Positions 54,747 to 64,000 of a stretch of DNA of 64,000 nucleotides are shown in pieces; position 1 is the first letter of the stretch; the number at the start of each line of letters is the position of its first letter. The stretch comes from Octopus sinensis. Lineage: Eukaryota. The stretch covers positions 39,308,001 to 39,372,000 of the forward strand of contig NC_043015.1 in the NCBI RefSeq assembly GCF_006345805.1, written 5' to 3'. The notes under the pieces were generated by a model. The model was not told the DNA's origin. It searched no databases and was given only the letters and a program-made list of their open reading frames with translations. A program made the translations under genes and the position numbers.

Positions 54747-56584
54747 TCCTCACATCCATATTAACTGACAGAATATACGCTTTCCTTGAAAAGAGATCTA
54801 TCCTTCCACAAGCTCAAAAAGGTTATAAAAGGAATTCTTATGGATGCAAAGATCAATTACTCATAAATAAAATGATTGCAGAGAATTGCTGGAGCAACAA
54901 GAAGAACCTGAGTATGGCATGGATAGACTACAGGAAAGCGTTTGATAGTGTCCTACATAATTGGTAACTCAAGGCCGTTGAGATATACAAGATCTCCCCT
55001 GTCGTCTCCAAATTCTTACGAGGTAACATGGCCAAGTGGAATACACGTCTCCTTCTAAACCATAGTAATGGGATGAACCAATCTAACATCAACATCAAAC
55101 GAGGTACCTTTCAATGTGATACCCTCTCCCCATTACTCTTTTGCATGGTACTGATGCCACTCTCAAACGAACTGAGTGACATCAGGTATGGGTTCAAAAT
55201 GTGTAATATTATAGGAAACCATCTGTTTTATATGGACGATCTGAAGCTGTTTGCTAGAAATTACGAAGAGCTAGTGGGGCTGGTAACAACTGTCAAGGAG
55301 TCCAGCAATGACATCGGGATGGATTTTGGCCCTAATAAGTGTGCCAAAGCAACTTTTGTAAGAGGAAAGCTCAAGCAAACAGCTTCTATTAAATTAGATT
55401 CTGACACTACCATCAAAGAGCTTGACCCACAAGGAACCTATAACTGGGGATAAACGAAGGAGACGGAATACAACATGTTACTATGAGAGAAAAAAATACG
55501 AAAAGAGTATTACAGGAGAATAAAACTCACACTAAAAACAGAACTCAACTCCAAAACTTGCATCGAAGCCATTAACATCCAGTCGTTGAATACGGTTTTA
55601 ACATCATTAACTGGAATCTTATTGAACTCCAGCGCCTGGGCAGGAAGACAAGAAAACTACTAACATCTAAGAACATGCACCACCCAAAAGCAGGCGTTGA
55701 TCGTCTGTATCTATCTCGAAGTAATGGGGGAAGAAGAATGATGCAGGTAGAACTGTGCTATAAGACCTCTACAATAGCAATGAACAGGTACTTATCTAGT
55801 ACAGAGGGCGGATGCTGCAGTTTATGTGCGAACACGAAAGCAGTAAAAATTCACATTCTATTGTCAAGGAAGCTTGCAAATTCGCAAGGGAACTTGGCAT
55901 TAATCCTGAATTAGATGAAGAACCTGAAACCACTACCACAAAAAAAGCAAAACGGATCAAACAGACTGCAAAAAAGAACGGGCAAAAACAAATTGAGGAG
56001 CGGTGGAGCCGAAATTCTAATGTAGACCAAGCAACAACCCATCAATGGCAGAGAAGCGCTGAACTGAAAGCAGGACTGATATAGTCGACCAGATATAGTC
56101 ATTGAAGACGAGGAGAAAATACTTGTAGACTAATAGATGTAAGTGTTCCCACTGATAAAAAATATATCTGTCAAAGAATTTGACTAATCAAGTAAATATA
56201 AGGACCTGGAAATTGAAATACAAAAGAGGTGGCATCTTAAAGGGAGAACTGTTCCTGTTATTGTAGGTGCCCTTGGTATGATAAGAAAGAGATGTCAGAA
56301 ACATCTAGATAATATCTCAGGATAACCATGTCTCAGAGAAATCCTAAAGATTGTGATGACAAGTACTGCCAGCATCCTTAGAAAAACTCTATCAATTTAA
56401 ATGTCTGTGTTGTATTACATGAAGATATTTCGTTACAGCCCCTGCCACTTCCCCTCCCCAAGCTTTCAGTCATATTGTAACATCTCTTATCCTTCACTCA
56501 CCCTGGGGCGCTGGGTGTGTCTCGACAAGTGACTGTAACAAACATGCAGCTTAAAAGTAAATAATAATAATAATAATAATAATA

Positions 56585-56623
<39 letters not shown>

Positions 56624-58666
56624 CCTTTCTATAGATAGATAGATAGATAGGTAGATAGATAGATTTGGCGTATACATTATGGTAGACTTATTAACCATTA
56701 AAATCACAGGAAAACTAAATTTCATCTAATCATCTATTATTTGGGGTCGAAATTTTCGTCGCACTATCTGCGACCTGGTCACTGACACAGTTCCAGTGCA
56801 GCCACCCTTTCTCTTCCACCCCACCCCACGCATCATATTACAATGTATCTGAATGTTCGTATCGCAATAAAGACATTGTTGTTTTATCCGATGTTCTTTT
56901 TTTCTTTTTTTATGCGTTGTTAAATGCTGTGAACTTGTAGCTTCCGGGAGAAATCGCTAGAGATGGTGAATATTGACAGACGTAGTGAAGGGAAGGTTCA
57001 TTCATGATGTAAATAGGATCAGCATTTCTGTTATAGCCTCAATATTCTAAGTTCGAGTCCCATCGCCAGTTGCTTTGATTTCTAACAATCTATGGTCCCT
57101 AAAACAAGTCGTACCAGTAGTGACCATTCAGCCTGAAAGAAAACCAGCCAATTCTTACGCAAATCGCATTCTATGTTCCTAACAAACATACATTGGATAA
57201 TGTTGTCCGAAGTAAAATATTTCCGAATAAGAGATGGAACGGCAACGGCTGTTGGTCTTGTTAGTAGTGTCCATACTATTAAAGCATTCAAGGCCGGACA
57301 ACGGCTCCATTAAATTCACCATTTTTGGGTTTATCACTAGCGATGGTCATGCGAAGTGTTGCCTTTCACTCGCCGACCATGAATTATCTCATAATGATTC
57401 CAAATTTTGACACAATGCCAGAAAGATCGGAGAAGGGCGTAAGTTGATTACATCGACCCCAGCGACCAAATGTGGTACTTATTTCATCGACCCCTTAAAG
57501 GTTGAAAGCTAAAGTCGACCTCGGCGGAATTTGAACCCAGACCATAAAGACAGAGAAAATGCCGCTAAGTATATTGCCCGGCGTGCTAACGATTCTTATT
57601 TCTTTACTGCCCACAAGGGGCTAAACATAGAGGGGACAAACAAGGACAGACAAATGGATTAAGTCGATTATATCGATCCCAGTGCGTAACTGGTACTTAT
57701 TTAATCGACCCCGAAAGGATGAAAGGCAAAGTCGACCTCGGCGGAATTTGAACTCATAACGTAGCGGCAGACGAAATACCGCTAAGCATTTCGCCCGGCG
57801 TGCTAACGTTTCTGCCAGCTCGCCGCCTTTTTGGATTATCTCATAATAAAGCTACCGTGACCCCCGCTATCAACTAATCCCCACTCCTCCACCTTCTCCC
57901 CTTTCAGTCCAAAAGGGGTTGCCGTTACTGAAAAAGTACAATGCTGTATATTCGAGAAGAAACATAATGGTTTCTCAGAGAAATATTGACACTGATGTCT
58001 TTTCCAGGAACATTTGCATCGTGAGGGAAACGGTTTCGGCCTAGAAACGAAACTGGGCCGCGTCCTTCGGTGGCGAAGGAAACCTAATACGGTGGAGGGG
58101 GGAGGTGGGGGAGAGGAGAAAGACAGTTAAACAAACAATGTTTGTAGCTAAGTATGGGTGGTGATAGGTTGGGGTAGAGAATACTGGTGGTGGTGGTGGG
58201 TGGATTGGGTCACAGCCGGTTGCATGATGGGAAGGAGGTGAGGTGGGGAAGGGAGAGGGATAGTAGAGTGGTGGGAGGGGAAAAAGGGAAAAGAGAAACT
58301 AAAAGAAGGAGGAGGAGGAGGAGGAAGAGAGGGAGGGAGGAAAGAGGTTGATAGAGAGGGAAATGGGAGAGGAAAAGAAAAGGAAAGAAAAAGTGGTGAT
58401 AGAGGGTGAGAGAAGAAAGAAAGGATGAAAACGAAAGAGAGAAAATGCAAGAGAATGTGATAGAAGGAAAGAAAGAAGGAAAGAAGGAAAGAAAGAATGA
58501 AAGAAAGAGAAAAAGAATAGAGGAAAAATAGGATGGAAAATAGATAACAGAGAAAGAGAGAGAGAAAAGAAACAAAGTGAAGGGAAAGAGAGAAGGAGAA
58601 GTCAATTTGAGAAAGAGAATAATTATAAGAGAGTTGGTGAGTGAGGGAGGAAAAAGAAAGAGTAAT

Positions 58667-58702
<36 letters not shown>

Positions 58703-59253
58703 GAGAGGGAACGAGTATAAGAGGGACATTTGTGTGTTTTGAGAAATTTCAAGTAGATTTCGTGTCTTTGAGGGAGAATGAAACGGATCATAGGAAACGG
58801 TGAAGGGAGCAGAGCAATGAGAGAATGGTAAGGATAGGAGAGAAAAAAAATAAATAAAAAGAAGGAACTGGAAAGAATAAGACAACAAAGAATGCTTCCT
58901 CTCTTGCTTTTTGCTTTTTTTTTTGCCACTCCCAGACAATATTTTTACCATCTTTTGGTTTGCTTTGAAAAATTTATTTTCCCAAAGTCTTTTTGGAAAA
59001 GTTTTTGTCCAATTCAAAATTGTTTTAGAGAAACGAAGAATTCATTGAAGAATTCTCTCCCAAGTCGAAGAAAAAGGAATTCATTTCCAAAAATTCTTTC
59101 TTTCTTTCTTTCTTTCTCTTTATATTTCCTTCCGTTTTTCATTTCTTTGTTGTTTCTTCGTTTCCTCTTATAAACACACACACACACACACACACGTGTG
59201 TGAGTGATCTGTCTTTATGTACATACATAGCTTTCTATCTATTTGTCTGCCCT

Positions 59254-59327
<74 letters not shown>

Positions 59328-59380
59328 CATCTATGTCTTTCTATCTGTCTGTCTATCTATCTATCTATCTATCTTTACAC

Positions 59381-59413
<33 letters not shown>

Positions 59414-60203
59414 AACACACACACACAACACACACACACACACACGATAATACCGAGTTCAACATCGCATTTGGTCGATTCTCTTTGTTAATCCACAAAT
59501 AAAGTGTGTGTGTGTGTGTGAGCACACACACACAAAACACACATGCACACACACACAAAACACACATGCACACACACACAAAACACACATGCACACACAC
59601 ACAAAACACACATGCACACACACACAAAACACACATGCACACACACACAAAACACACATGCACACACACACAAAACACACATGCACACACACACAAAACA
59701 CACATGCACACACACACAAAACACACATGCACACACACACATACATCCTTGTGTGGATAAACCAAAACCATGAAAAATAATAGGGAAGACAAAATGAATT
59801 ACTATCAAATTTATAATTGTTTCTTTCACACGCACACACACACACACACATATATGCACACACATACATATATGCACACACATACATATATGCACACACA
59901 TACACACACACACTTATATACGAATGTATGAATGTGTAACCATTTCCTTCCGCGACTCCTTCCGCCCCGTCCCCTCCCCCCGTCTCCCTCTCATCCCCTT
60001 TGACACTTTATTCTTTGTTCTCCATCAATCACATTCTCACCACACACACACACACACACACGGTCATACATTCACACACACACACACACACACGGTCATA
60101 CATACACACACACACACCAACATAGCTGCACACACACACACACACACACAGACAAATATATGCATACATGCACACGAACATAGATGCGAGCACACAAGTA
60201 TAT

Positions 60204-60259
<56 letters not shown>

Positions 60260-60463
60260 GCCTCGAAATGTTTTTCAGAGCAGAGAAATTGTTGCACATT
60301 TTGTATGCATGAGTTGCGTATAGTTTGTGTGTGTGTGGCACACGCACAGCCATTTATACGTACACACTCATACACATGAATGTGGGTGTATATAGAGATA
60401 ATCAAAGTTATATGCATATATATGCATACACAAATACATATATACATACTATATATATATATA

Positions 60464-60529
<66 letters not shown>

Positions 60530-60736
60530 TGTATATATATATATATATATATACATACATATATATATACACATATATATTATATATAATGTGGGTATAT
60601 ATATATACACATGTGTGTGTACATATATATATATATATATATATAGATATATATATTATATATATTATATATATTATATATATATATATATATATACATA
60701 TACATACACACACCACACACACATGTATATATATAT

Positions 60737-60782
<46 letters not shown>

Positions 60783-61419
60783 TATATACATACATATGTC
60801 ATATGTCTTGTGTGTGTATAGTGAAGGATCGCTCGAATGGTTACGGTTTGCTGTGCCACTTCGTAATAATCCTTTTCATTATTGTTATTATTGTTAAGGC
60901 GGCGAGCTGGCAGAATCGTTTGCATTCGGACGAAATGCTTATCGGCATTTCATCTGCCGCTACGTTCTGAGTTCAAATTCCGCCGAGGTCGACTTTGCCC
61001 TTTATCCTTTAGGGATCGATGAAATAAGTACCAGTTGCATACTGGGGTTCATCTAATCGACTGACCCACTCCCCCAAAACTTCGGGCCTTGTGCCTAGAG
61101 TAGAAAAGCTATACATATATATAATATATATATATATATAATATATATATATATATATAGGTACACTATATGAATAAAATATATGCATATCTTGCATGGA
61201 CAAACACAAGCACGCAGATGTGCAGAGGCATGTGAATCTGCATGTTTACATATGCATTTAAGTGCACATATTAATACCAGCAGAAATGCACAAACGCACC
61301 TGTTACAAGAATAACTGTGAGAGTAATCATAATAAAATTTTTCTAGGTGCAAAAATATGCGCGTGTGTGTGTTGAGTGAATATGAATGTATGCGTGTTCA
61401 TATATCTATCTATCTATCC

Positions 61420-61501
<82 letters not shown>

Positions 61502-61774
61502 ATATCTATCTATCTCTGTCCTGTCTGTCTGTCTGTGTGTACTGTGTATATATATATATATATAGATAGATGATAGTTATAAAAATATATCGATAGGGTT
61601 TCTCTGTGTGTGTACGTTATAGATAATATATATATATATATAATATAATATATATATATACGTGTGTACGTGTGTATATATATTATATAATATATTAATA
61701 TATAATATATATATATATATATATATAGATAGATAGATAGATAGATAGTTATATCTGTCTGTCTGTGTGTGTAC

Positions 61775-61833
<59 letters not shown>

Positions 61834-62011
61834 GTATGAATGAATGAATGTATGTATGTATATGTATATATATATAGATGCATGTAATGTATTTACGTAT
61901 GTATGTATGTATGTATAAATGTGAGTATTTGTAATAAACAGATAAATTGTTTTTCGAAATGCGAAATGTTTAATTAAAAGTGAAGAAATGAATTGAGAAT
62001 GGACTTACCAT
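3908..62011 (-). CDS. Multi-exon gene model: giant, probably secreted cysteine-rich tandem-module protein (52 VWC-N-half/FN1/pacifastin-like modules, approx. 3300 aa). Last exon not firmly placed.
   Basis: 21 coding exons join in frame with GT-AG boundaries (one acceptor lies in the N gap) and no junction stops. Coding length is 3+58+3798+5991=9850 nt. N-terminus [34 protein letters not shown]. Recurrent motif C-x18-C-x4-CxC-(N/D)GSW-x-C-x8-C. Confidence 0.88.
6240..7830 (-). repeat. Coding tandem repeat, 10 x 159 nt (53 aa), near-identical
   Basis: Unit [53 protein letters not shown]; shadow ORF starts 7170 and 7488 differ by 2 x 159. Confidence 0.95.
9949..10482. repeat. Long (CA)n-type microsatellite. 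Other large simple repeats: 17945-18290 (trinucleotide), 19005-19510 (GT), 30880-31155 and 60380-60800 (TA), 34083-34440 (CATA), 48590-49170 (GAA), 49720-50170 (GATA/GGAT), 62350-62730 (TAT/CAT).
   Basis: Seen directly. Confidence 0.97.
11689..11904 (-). CDS. Module exon 18 (216 nt)
   Basis: gtccaaag| ... |gtaaaa, phase 1-1, six Cys. Confidence 0.87.
12924..12958 (+). ncRNA. Minimal type I hammerhead ribozyme motif in a Penelope-like repeat remnant (approx. 12770-13060)
   Basis: GUUU-CUGAAGA-A-GAGC(UUU)GCUU-GAAA-CGU-A-AAAC: core boxes intact, GUA site, ACGU palindrome. Confidence 0.6.
13070..13260. repeat. Near-perfect palindrome, approx. 91-bp arms, at a (TA)n edge
   Basis: Two mismatches and one indel between the arms. 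Confidence 0.95.
13537..13746 (-). CDS. Module exon 17 (210 nt)
   Basis: tctttag| ... |gtaggt, phase 1-1, six Cys. Confidence 0.9.
14812..15420 (-). mobile_element. SINE-like family C with (ATG)n tail. Copies at approx. 10595-10900, 11170-11610, 12236-12560, 30697-30882 (-); 18530-18850, 23255-23772, 25880-26047, 26275-26551 (+).
   Basis: Shared GGTTGGCGTTAGGAAGGGCATCCAGCTGTAGAAAC core and GGACGTTAAACGATGATG end. Confidence 0.85.
16011..16238 (-). CDS. Module exon 16 (228 nt)
   Basis: tttaacag| ... |gtgaga, phase 1-1, six Cys. Confidence 0.9.
16927..17136 (-). CDS. Module exon 15 (210 nt)
   Basis: tcttcag| ... |gtaaat, phase 1-1; close paralogue of 13537-13746. Confidence 0.9.
17282..17444 (-). 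mobile_element. tRNA/CORE-like SINE family B. Further copies at approx. 24787-24950(-) and 63005-63155(-); fragments at 31700-31770 and 42675-42730; related CORE SINEs at 14485-14800 and 33330-33505.
   Basis: GGAGTGGCTGTGTGGTAAG...GGTTCAGTCCC...CACCTTGGGCAAGTGTCTT. Confidence 0.8.
17624..17851 (-). CDS. Module exon 14 (228 nt)
   Basis: ttcttag| ... |gtaagt, phase 1-1, six Cys. Confidence 0.9.
19602..19811 (-). CDS. Module exon 13 (predicted 210 nt; acceptor falls in the N gap)
   Basis: Donor |gtaatt, phase 1. Starts TT-TTC-CAA like the paralogous exon at 13746 (and TT-TCC-CAG at 17136), so the AG would sit at 19812-19813 in the Ns. Confidence 0.8.
19812..19911. other. Assembly gap of 100 N
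   Basis: Exactly 100 Ns, the usual unknown-size placeholder. Confidence 0.98.
19912..20740 (+). mobile_element. Decayed RTE-clade LINE fragment
   Basis: WAKFR...LS...[10 protein letters not shown] matches the RTE post-RT motif WxKF...AMLYGSETW; many stops. Confidence 0.7.
21295..21519 (-). CDS. Module exon 12 (225 nt)
   Basis: attttag| ... |gtaaca, phase 1-1, six Cys. Confidence 0.9.
21860..22069 (-). CDS. Module exon 11 (210 nt)
   Basis: atttcag| ... |gtatgt, phase 1-1, six Cys. Confidence 0.9.
22983..23207 (-). CDS. Module exon 10 (225 nt)
   Basis: tttttag| ... |gtaaca, phase 1-1; close paralogue of 21295-21519. Confidence 0.9.
24037..24323. mobile_element. Foldback insertion with apparent 12-bp target duplication
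   Basis: Imperfect inverted arms 24096-24323; AATATTTACAGA at 24025-24036 and 24324-24335; absent from the paralogous intron. Confidence 0.6.
24565..24780 (+). mobile_element. Interspersed repeat family E; copies at approx. 24455-24540, 62805-63000, 63650-63770
   Basis: Shared TTCAGTCATTTGACTGCGGCCATGCTGGAGCACC...GCCGAACCGC. Confidence 0.75.
25021..25230 (-). CDS. Module exon 9 (210 nt)
   Basis: atttcag| ... |gtatgt, phase 1-1; close paralogue of 21860-22069. Confidence 0.9.
26859..27089 (-). CDS. Module exon 8 (231 nt)
   Basis: cacccag| ... |gtaaaa, phase 1-1, six Cys. Confidence 0.9.
27212..27540 (-). mobile_element. CR1-clade LINE 3' end
   Basis: Minus strand [24 protein letters not shown], the typical CR1 ORF2 C-terminus. 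Confidence 0.75.
27855..28064 (-). CDS. Module exon 7 (210 nt)
   Basis: ttttcag| ... |gtaagg, phase 1-1, six Cys. Confidence 0.9.
28360..28636 (+). repeat. Minisatellite, 27 nt x 10
   Basis: Unit CTGTCCCACATGTCAATGTCCGTCTGT. Confidence 0.95.
29233..29448 (-). CDS. Module exon 6 (216 nt)
   Basis: tcgacag| ... |gtaagt, phase 1-1, six Cys. Confidence 0.9.
30088..30291 (-). CDS. Module exon 5 (204 nt)
   Basis: ctttcag| ... |gtaata, phase 1-1. A second ttcag 7 nt downstream would be out of frame. Confidence 0.87.
31154..31291. repeat. Near-perfect palindrome, approx. 66-bp arms, 5-nt loop
   Basis: One indel between the arms; next to (TA)n. Confidence 0.95.
31385..31473. repeat. Palindrome, approx. 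43-bp arms, 3-nt loop
   Basis: ATACAAGATAAGAAAATGGAG...CTCCATTTTCTTATTTTGTAT. Confidence 0.9.
31939..32130 (-). CDS. Module exon 4 (192 nt)
   Basis: tttgcag| ... |gtaagt, phase 1-1, CSVKGQHY...[17 protein letters not shown]. Confidence 0.9.
32215..32590 (-). mobile_element. tRNA-derived SINE family D; second copy at approx. 52941-53229
   Basis: Head GGAGGCGCAATGGCCCAGTGGTTAG...GGTTTCGATTCCC followed by a shared body. Confidence 0.8.
34975..35187 (-). CDS. Module exon 3 (213 nt)
   Basis: ccaatag| ... |gtaagt, phase 1-1, CLVKNKYY...[17 protein letters not shown]. Confidence 0.9.
35640..36430 (+). mobile_element. Mariner fragments: transposase piece, right TIR (ends 36087) and a second 5' fragment (36168-36430)
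   Basis: [24 protein letters not shown] (WVPHEL-type region); [26 protein letters not shown]. Confidence 0.8.
37977..39426 (+). mobile_element. Internally deleted mariner element with approx. 70-bp TIRs, interrupted by a second TIR element
   Basis: Left CGAGGTCTGATCAATAAGTATTTGGACAGTTGC versus right-end reverse complement CGTAGTCTGATCAATTTGTATCCGGACTGTTGC; TA flank; transposase N-terminal remnant AKLEKVYGE...SRTQF-EWFRRF. Confidence 0.8.
38313..39178. mobile_element. Non-autonomous element with approx. 125-bp TIRs and two internal tandem units
   Basis: GATCTTTTCGGTTTGAACGGCAGTTTT at 38313, 38439 and 38734, and inverted ending at 39178. Confidence 0.8.
39985..40405 (+). repeat. Decamer satellite (TTCCCATTTC-like)
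   Basis: About 40 degenerate 10-nt units. Confidence 0.9.
41099..41144 (-). ncRNA. Minimal type I hammerhead ribozyme motif in a Penelope-like repeat remnant
   Basis: GACAC-CUGAUGA-A-GGCUG(loop 10)CAGCC-GAAA-CGU-U-GUGUU: intact core, 5-bp stems I and II, palindromic ACGU stem III. Confidence 0.7.
41773..41958 (-). CDS. Module exon 2 (186 nt)
   Basis: ctttcag| ... |gtaaga, phase 1-1, CKVKGRYY...[17 protein letters not shown]. Confidence 0.9.
43096..43269 (-). CDS. Module exon 1 (174 nt): [14 protein letters not shown]...CVQNRR
   Basis: tgtaaag| ... |gtaaaa, phase 1-1, six Cys. Confidence 0.9.
43380..43599. mobile_element. piggyBac-type MITE (220 bp)
   Basis: TTAA-CCCTTTAGTGTT ... AACACTAAAGGG-TTAA. 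Confidence 0.85.
44600..45090 (-). mobile_element. Decayed RTE-clade LINE 3' fragment
   Basis: [11 protein letters not shown]...FNSTVLPVL...ETWAT...EHIRNE...[12 protein letters not shown] across frames. Confidence 0.75.
45228..45486. repeat. Inverted duplication, approx. 118-bp arms, 22-nt spacer
   Basis: Arms 45228-45345 and 45368-45486 are almost exact reverse complements. Confidence 0.95.
46257..46314 (-). CDS. Signal-peptide exon (58 nt, phase 0 to 1): [19 protein letters not shown]
   Basis: Long pyrimidine tract ending tttttgcag| and donor aaag|gtaagt. Hydrophobic translation joins in frame to the 43269 exon. Confidence 0.85.
46520..46641 (+). mobile_element. Right end of a pogo/Tigger-like MITE
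   Basis: Repeated ctcgtaaa subterminal motifs ending aagtgaggtattattgTA. Confidence 0.45.
50487..50859 (+). mobile_element. Non-autonomous Helitron
   Basis: A|TC...TATATATAAAG start, subterminal hairpin CCCGAGCAACGCCGGG, CTAG|T end. Confidence 0.75.
52150..54600 (+). mobile_element. Older, heavily decayed R4/Dong-like fragments interrupted by SINEs
   Basis: [20 protein letters not shown] (ORF 52120-52470) resembles the RT motif above; GALxLIK-like remnant near 54460. Confidence 0.5.
53605..54015 (+). mobile_element. tRNA-derived SINE family A, two tandem copies. Further copies at approx. 231-430(+), 871-1271(-), 1933-2325(-), 12580-12720(+), 16370-16585(-), 47910-48140(-), 51945-52135(-), 57400-57828(-), 60898-61105(+).
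   Basis: A box AGCTGGCAGAA, B box GAGTTCAAATTCC, shared core GCCTTTCATCCTTTCGGGGTCGATAAA (Deu/Nin-like). Confidence 0.85.
54743..56560 (+). mobile_element. 5'-truncated, decayed R4/Dong-clade non-LTR retrotransposon inserted in (AAT)n
   Basis: RT motifs [29 protein letters not shown] and YMDDLKLFA; restriction-like endonuclease tail DVSVPTDKN...KYKDLEIEI...VPVIVGALG; stops and frameshifts; (AAT)n on both sides. Confidence 0.85.
59523..59735 (+). repeat. 23-nt minisatellite derived from (CA)n
   Basis: Unit cacacacacaaaacacacatgca, about 9 copies. Confidence 0.9.
62009..62011 (-). CDS. Candidate first coding exon: start codon only (ATG|gtaagt)
   Basis: Minus strand reads ccaaaacATG|GTAAGT: perfect donor, A at -3, in-frame TAG about 60 nt upstream. 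Supplies the phase-0 junction that the 46314 exon needs. Weaker ATG|gt alternatives exist (near 47341, 57330, 58950, 62195). Confidence 0.6.
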
Positions 62012-62588
62012 GTTTTGGAACAGGAATGGCAGAGAAGTTAACCGCGTCAACAGCAACAACAACAACAACTACACAACAGCAGCAGCAGCACTCCATAAGA
62101 ACGACCAAAGAGCAGTGTTGCACTGTCAGACGTCTCTTGCCTTACTGTGATGAATTCTTCGAGACACGCTACTGAAATACTTCCCCTCGTTACCATCGCT
62201 CGTCACCTCAGCCCAAACCTTTCCAAGCCTTGTTGGATTGGTTAAATTATCTCGAAACCGAACTAGACTAGTCTCACTCGTATTCTTGCAGACCCTCTTT
62301 CTACACATGTTTACCAAAAACATTGGCACTTTTTTTCTTCCTCGTTCTTTTTCTTCTTTTATTATTATTATTATTATATTATTATTATTATTATATTATT
62401 ATTATTATTATTATTATTCATCATATCGCCGTCGTCGTCGTCGTCATCATCATCATCATCATCATCATATCATCATTATCATCATCATCATCATTATCAT
62501 CATCATCATCATCCATTATTATTTCATTATTATTATTATTATATTATTATTATTATTATTATTAGTATCATTATTATTATTATTATTA

Positions 62589-62651
<63 letters not shown>

Positions 62652-62691
62652 CATTATTATTATTATCATTATTATTATTATATTATTATTA

Positions 62692-62727
<36 letters not shown>

Positions 62728-63197
62728 ATTATTTTAATGTTTCCCATCTGTGTTTTTTTTTATCTTGATTTTTTTTTTCTCTTTAATATTCTTTTAGTCT
62801 TTCACTTGTTTCAGCCATTTTATTGCGGCCATGCTGGGGCACCACTTCGAAGGTCTTTAGTCAAGCAAATCGACCCCCCAGGGCTAATAATTTATTCTGT
62901 CTGTTCTTTTGCCGAACCGCAAAGTTACGGGGATGTAAACACACCAACCTTTTGTCAAGTAGTGGTGGGGGACAAACACACACATACATACATATATACA
63001 TATATACGACGGGCTTCTTTCAGTTTCCGTCTACCAAATCCTCTCACAAGGCTTTGGTCGGCCCGAGGCTACGGTACAAGACACTTGCCCAAGGTGCCAC
63101 ACAGTGGGACTGAACCCAGAACCATGTGGCTGGTAAGCAAGCTACTTACCACACAGTTACAGCTGCGTCTTTATCTTTATTTTTCTCTCTTAAGATC

Positions 63198-63231
<34 letters not shown>

Positions 63232-64000
63232 CTTCTTCTTCTTCTTCTTCTTCTTCTTCTCCTCCTCCCTCTATGCTCGTGCTATCAATCTACAACCACT
63301 GAGTCTAGCCCCATTTATCCGCCCCTATTTCGTCGTCCTCATTCACATTTTATAGAATTTACTGAAGAACAGTTTTTATTCTGAAAGAGGAAAGACTTCT
63401 CTCTGCTGCATGCACAACGAACTTTTGCTGGTCATGGCCACAATAAAAAGGATTCCTTTCTGCTTTTCGTTGTGAAAGAAAGCCGTCAGATCGAACGTTG
63501 CAGAAACTTGGGCTGACAGCTGGATCCGTCTCTCAAATGATCACATACACAGACACCAATCGAGTATCGAAAGAGTTCAATATCTGTGAACAGTTCAGAT
63601 AGATTCGACTGAGGGCGGCTCTGACATGTTAAAGCCCCTCTGTGGCTCTTCTTTCAGTCAGTTGACTGCGGCCATGCTGGAACACCGCCTTCAAGGGCTT
63701 TAGTCGAACAAATCGACCCCAGAACTAATACTTATTCTATCTGTCTCATTTGCCGAACCGCTAAATTACCAATACAAACCGAGCTGTATTGGTAACTGTT
63801 CATAATATCCGGCGAGAAAACCTTTCAGGAAAAGACAACTCAAACTGACCTTTGTCCAAGAGTATCTATTGATAATCAATCCTGTACATCTGCAACTCTT
63901 TCTGTCCGTATTTCTAGCGATAATCTTTTGACCAACCTTTTAAAGGTCTGACATTATCAACATATTGTTTCTGTTTTGGCCCTTTAGATTGTTTTCAACC

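Noticed and set aside
54668-55914. RT-like ORFs as a host gene
   Set aside because: Fragmented by stops and frameshifts; parts of a dead R4/Dong copy.

Overview
Eukaryotic, AT-rich, microsatellite- and SINE-dense DNA. The repeat families look like those of Octopus (inference). One minus-strand gene appears to span almost the whole window. By hand I could join: a candidate ATG-only first coding exon (62009-62011), a 58-nt signal-peptide exon (46257-46314), 18 small phase-1/phase-1 exons that each encode one 6-Cys module (43269 to 11689), and one 5991-nt exon (3908-9898) encoding 34 modules, 33 of them with 8 Cys. The last exon is uncertain; the best candidate is 693-733. The product is an approx. 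3300-aa, probably secreted, approx. 11% Cys protein of 52 tandem VWC-N-half/FN1/pacifastin-like modules that I cannot assign to a named gene. The introns contain tRNA-derived SINEs, RTE, CR1 and R4/Dong LINE fragments, mariner, piggyBac and Helitron non-autonomous elements, foldback hairpins, two intact-looking minimal hammerhead ribozyme motifs, and a 100-N gap that abuts one exon exactly. Exon coordinates were read base by base; repeat boundaries are approximate.
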